64,000 nucleotides of DNA. It comes from an uncultured Candidatus Saccharibacteria bacterium. GTDB lineage: Bacteria > Patescibacteriota > Minisyncoccia > Phycocordibacterales > UBA5272. A program made the translations under genes and the position numbers. The stretch is from positions 5,304 through 69,303 of the forward strand of contig CAZJJX010000005.1 in NCBI GenBank assembly GCA_964546555.1, in the 5' to 3' direction. This document shows, piece after piece, positions 61,916 to 64,000 of the stretch (its first letter is position 1; each line of letters begins with the position of its first letter). The notes under the pieces were generated by a model, which worked only from the letters and a program-made list of their open reading frames with translations, made no database searches and was not told the DNA's origin.

Positions 61916-64000
61916 TTATTCAGATGAAATTTCAGCTGTGCCCTTTTGCAAAAGATTTAAATCATCAATCATATCTTGCGACAATGTCGTATCAAGATCC
62001 ATGGTTGTCCGAAACTCTTCCACCAGAAGGGAATTGTCGTCAGAAAATACTTCACCTGTTTCTTCCGTAAAAAAGAGAAAACCTTCTGCACTTATAATAA
62101 CTTTCCAAAGAATACCTTCAAACAAAACTGTAGAGCGCTCTCCGTTTGCAGCATTAAAGTGAGGAACAATCTTTTCGGCTACGCTTTTGGTTTCAAAATT
62201 ATAGGCAAAAACTTTTCCTTCATCTTTAGAAAGCCAAAAAAGGCTACCCCCTTTCATTCCTAATGGATACGTAGACGAAACAGAAGTTGAACTACCTGTA
62301 CGTATTTTCTCCTGGGTCTTCTGTACTATATCGTAGACCCAAAGTTCATCGACATTATTTTTTTCAACTTGAACAACAATCGCATCCAAGAATATTCCTT
62401 TGATTGCTTTAATGCGATCTATTGTAAAATCAGGAACCCTGCCCTCTTGATCTTTATGTTCAAGCAAAACCTCATCGAGTGCCTGAATATGTTTAGCGAG
62501 CGATTGCAAAGTGTAACCTTCTGCTTTTCCATCAAATTTAAGCCATACATTCTTAGGCACAACTGGTTTAATGTATGGCACAGTTGTTGACGATAAAGTT
62601 GTAGAAGTTGAGACTGACAAACTTGATGAACTAGTTGAGATGATAGACGTGGTAGCAACATGAGCCGAGGAATTTTCAGTTGTCGAAGCATTCTCAACAA
62701 GGACCGTAGAGGTTTCTTCATGTGTAAGCATATCAGTCGTTGTTGCATCATCAAGATACATATACCAGACCTCCTCGCGATTCGTGTCGTTATTAACAAT
62801 GCTTACAATACGCATACCGTTATAAATTTCATCGCTTAAAATTGTATCGCGATTAAAATCTGGATGCTGATATTCAAGCGTAGACTCAAAGAGAACTTCA
62901 ACTTTTACACCATCTAAGTACACCATTGGATTATCCTGTTCTTTTTTTGTTGATTGTAATTTTATTTGTAACTGACTCATATCCTGCCATGATGTTGATG
63001 CAGTTACAGGGATTTCAAATGTTCTATACTTCATAGAAATCTCATTGAGAAGACCTAGACTTGTCCATATTTTACCATCAAATGTATACAACACTTCCAA
63101 AAAATTATTTTGTGTTGTCTCTGATTCTTGCGGTGCAGTTAGGATTATCGTACTTTGTGTTGTATCAATCGTTGATGACGAGGTTGACTCTGTTGTGCTT
63201 GCTGTGAGCATATCCGTTGATGACGAAACAGCTACATCTTGTGTACCTGTTGCATTACTTACCTCTTGGGTAGTTGTCGCATTAATATCTACTTGATTCT
63301 CATTTGTGGTAACACTAGCTACTTCTGCTTTATCCTCTGTTGTAGTGGGACTAGTTACTTCTGCCTGCTTCTCTTCTACAACACTACTTGTTACCTCTGC
63401 TGTGGCAGTACCCTGATCTACACTTTGTGTTGTTACTGGAGCGACTTCTTGTATAGGTTCGGTAGATACAGAGGATACTGGAGGAGCAGGAGTTACACTA
63501 GACTGTTCAACTTGTTGATTACTCACTTGCTGAACATCTCCAACAGAAGATTCGGTCGGAATATCTTCTGCGAATACTTTTGTAAATACTGTTGAAGCAA
63601 AAAGGTTTCCAAGACTATTGAAAGATGACGGACCATCTGTACTCGCTGGTGTTTCAGTGTTGGCAGGAGGGTTCTCAGTTGCTGGTTGTGATTCTAGGGT
63701 AGATGGAATAGGTTGAGGTTCAGTAATAGTATCTGATTGTGTTTCTGAAGTAGGTGAAGCAGGTGATGGTGCCACAACAGTATCTGTTTGTGATTTTGGT
63801 TCTTCGTCTGACTTAAAGATATCGTTAATGGTATCTTGTACGGACTGAATAATTCCATCCATAACTGATGTACTCACACTTGTAGAAGCACTAGGTATCG
63901 CAATCGCAGTTTCCTGTGGCGGAGTTACATCTTGTACAGTAGATGAAGAAACAAATTCTGTTGATGTACCTAGCGATGTACTTGTAGTTGATGAAGCATC
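61916..64000 (-). CDS. large Ser/Thr/Glu-rich surface protein, 5' end outside window
   Basis: The frame stays open from 63877 to the window edge by my own translation (DASSTTSTSLGTSTEFVSSSTVQDVTPPQETAIAIPSASTS then VSTSVMDG...). The track's GTG start is therefore probably internal. Confidence 0.6.
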   Translation of the reverse strand, partial: DASSTTSTSLGTSTEFVSSSTVQDVTPPQETAIAIPSASTSVSTSVMDGIIQSVQDTINDIFKSDEEPKSQTDTVVAPSPASPTSETQSDTITEPQPIPSTLESQPATENPPANTETPASTDGPSSFNSLGNLFASTVFTKVFAEDIPTESSVGDVQQVSNQQVEQSSVTPAPPVSSVSTEPIQEVAPVTTQSVDQGTATAEVTSSVVEEKQAEVTSPTTTEDKAEVASVTTNENQVDINATTTQEVSNATGTQDVAVSSSTDMLTASTTESTSSSTIDTTQSTIILTAPQESETTQNNFLEVLYTFDGKIWTSLGLLNEISMKYRTFEIPVTASTSWQDMSQLQIKLQSTKKEQDNPMVYLDGVKVEVLFESTLEYQHPDFNRDTILSDEIYNGMRIVSIVNNDTNREEVWYMYLDDATTTDMLTHEETSTVLVENASTTENSSAHVATTSIISTSSSSLSVSTSTTLSSTTVPYIKPVVPKNVWLKFDGKAEGYTLQSLAKHIQALDEVLLEHKDQEGRVPDFTIDRIKAIKGIFLDAIVVQVEKNNVDELWVYDIVQKTQEKIRTGSSTSVSSTYPLGMKGGSLFWLSKDEGKVFAYNFETKSVAEKIVPHFNAANGERSTVLFEGILWKVIISAEGFLFFTEETGEVFSDDNSLLVEEFRTTMDLDTTLSQDMIDDLNLLQKGTAEISSE

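Noticed and set aside
1-64000. Alternative genetic code (UGA recoding as in some CPR lineages)
   Set aside because: Conserved proteins (enolase, SerRS, DnaX, Dus) are full-length under the standard code. TGA terminates well-supported genes, for example the MFS transporter at 17176-17178 and the lipoprotein at 24445-24447.

Overview
The window is AT-rich, about 37% G+C by hand count of a sample. Its gene content resembles a Patescibacteria/CPR (Parcubacteria-like) bacterium, which is an inference. Genes are compact and read under the standard code, with TGA used as a stop. Recognisable housekeeping genes are a partial D-2-hydroxyacid dehydrogenase, enolase, dnaX, a Dus family tRNA-dihydrouridine synthase, an FtsQ-like protein, serS and tRNA-Ala(UGC). 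There is also an ABC exporter, a FecR plus CHASE2-cyclase pair, and a five-gene glucan module (glycosyltransferase, GH57, GH15, PGI/PMI, ROK kinase). Many small envelope or secreted proteins are present. Four things stand out. (1) A same-strand array of ten surface-protein genes spans 49427-64000. It includes four proteins sharing an unrecognised C-terminal module that ends in TANF, a DUF916/CscA-like anchored protein, a 1103-aa protein with five novel ~170-aa repeats, and a cohesin/cohesin/dockerin trio. I read this as a divergent Csc/WxL-like surface complex coupled to cohesin-dockerin docking. (2) An 1827-aa adhesin-like protein combines HYR, ten DUF5011-type repeats, 106 in-register Ser/Thr-rich pentads and a PKD domain. 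(3) A block of five orphan genes lies next to tRNA-Ala. Its expression signals differ from the rest of the window, and one gene is about 56% G+C. (4) Extended -10 boxes sit 6-8 nt upstream of ATG at many core genes, which suggests leaderless mRNAs. No CRISPR array, rRNA, integrase or transposase was seen.
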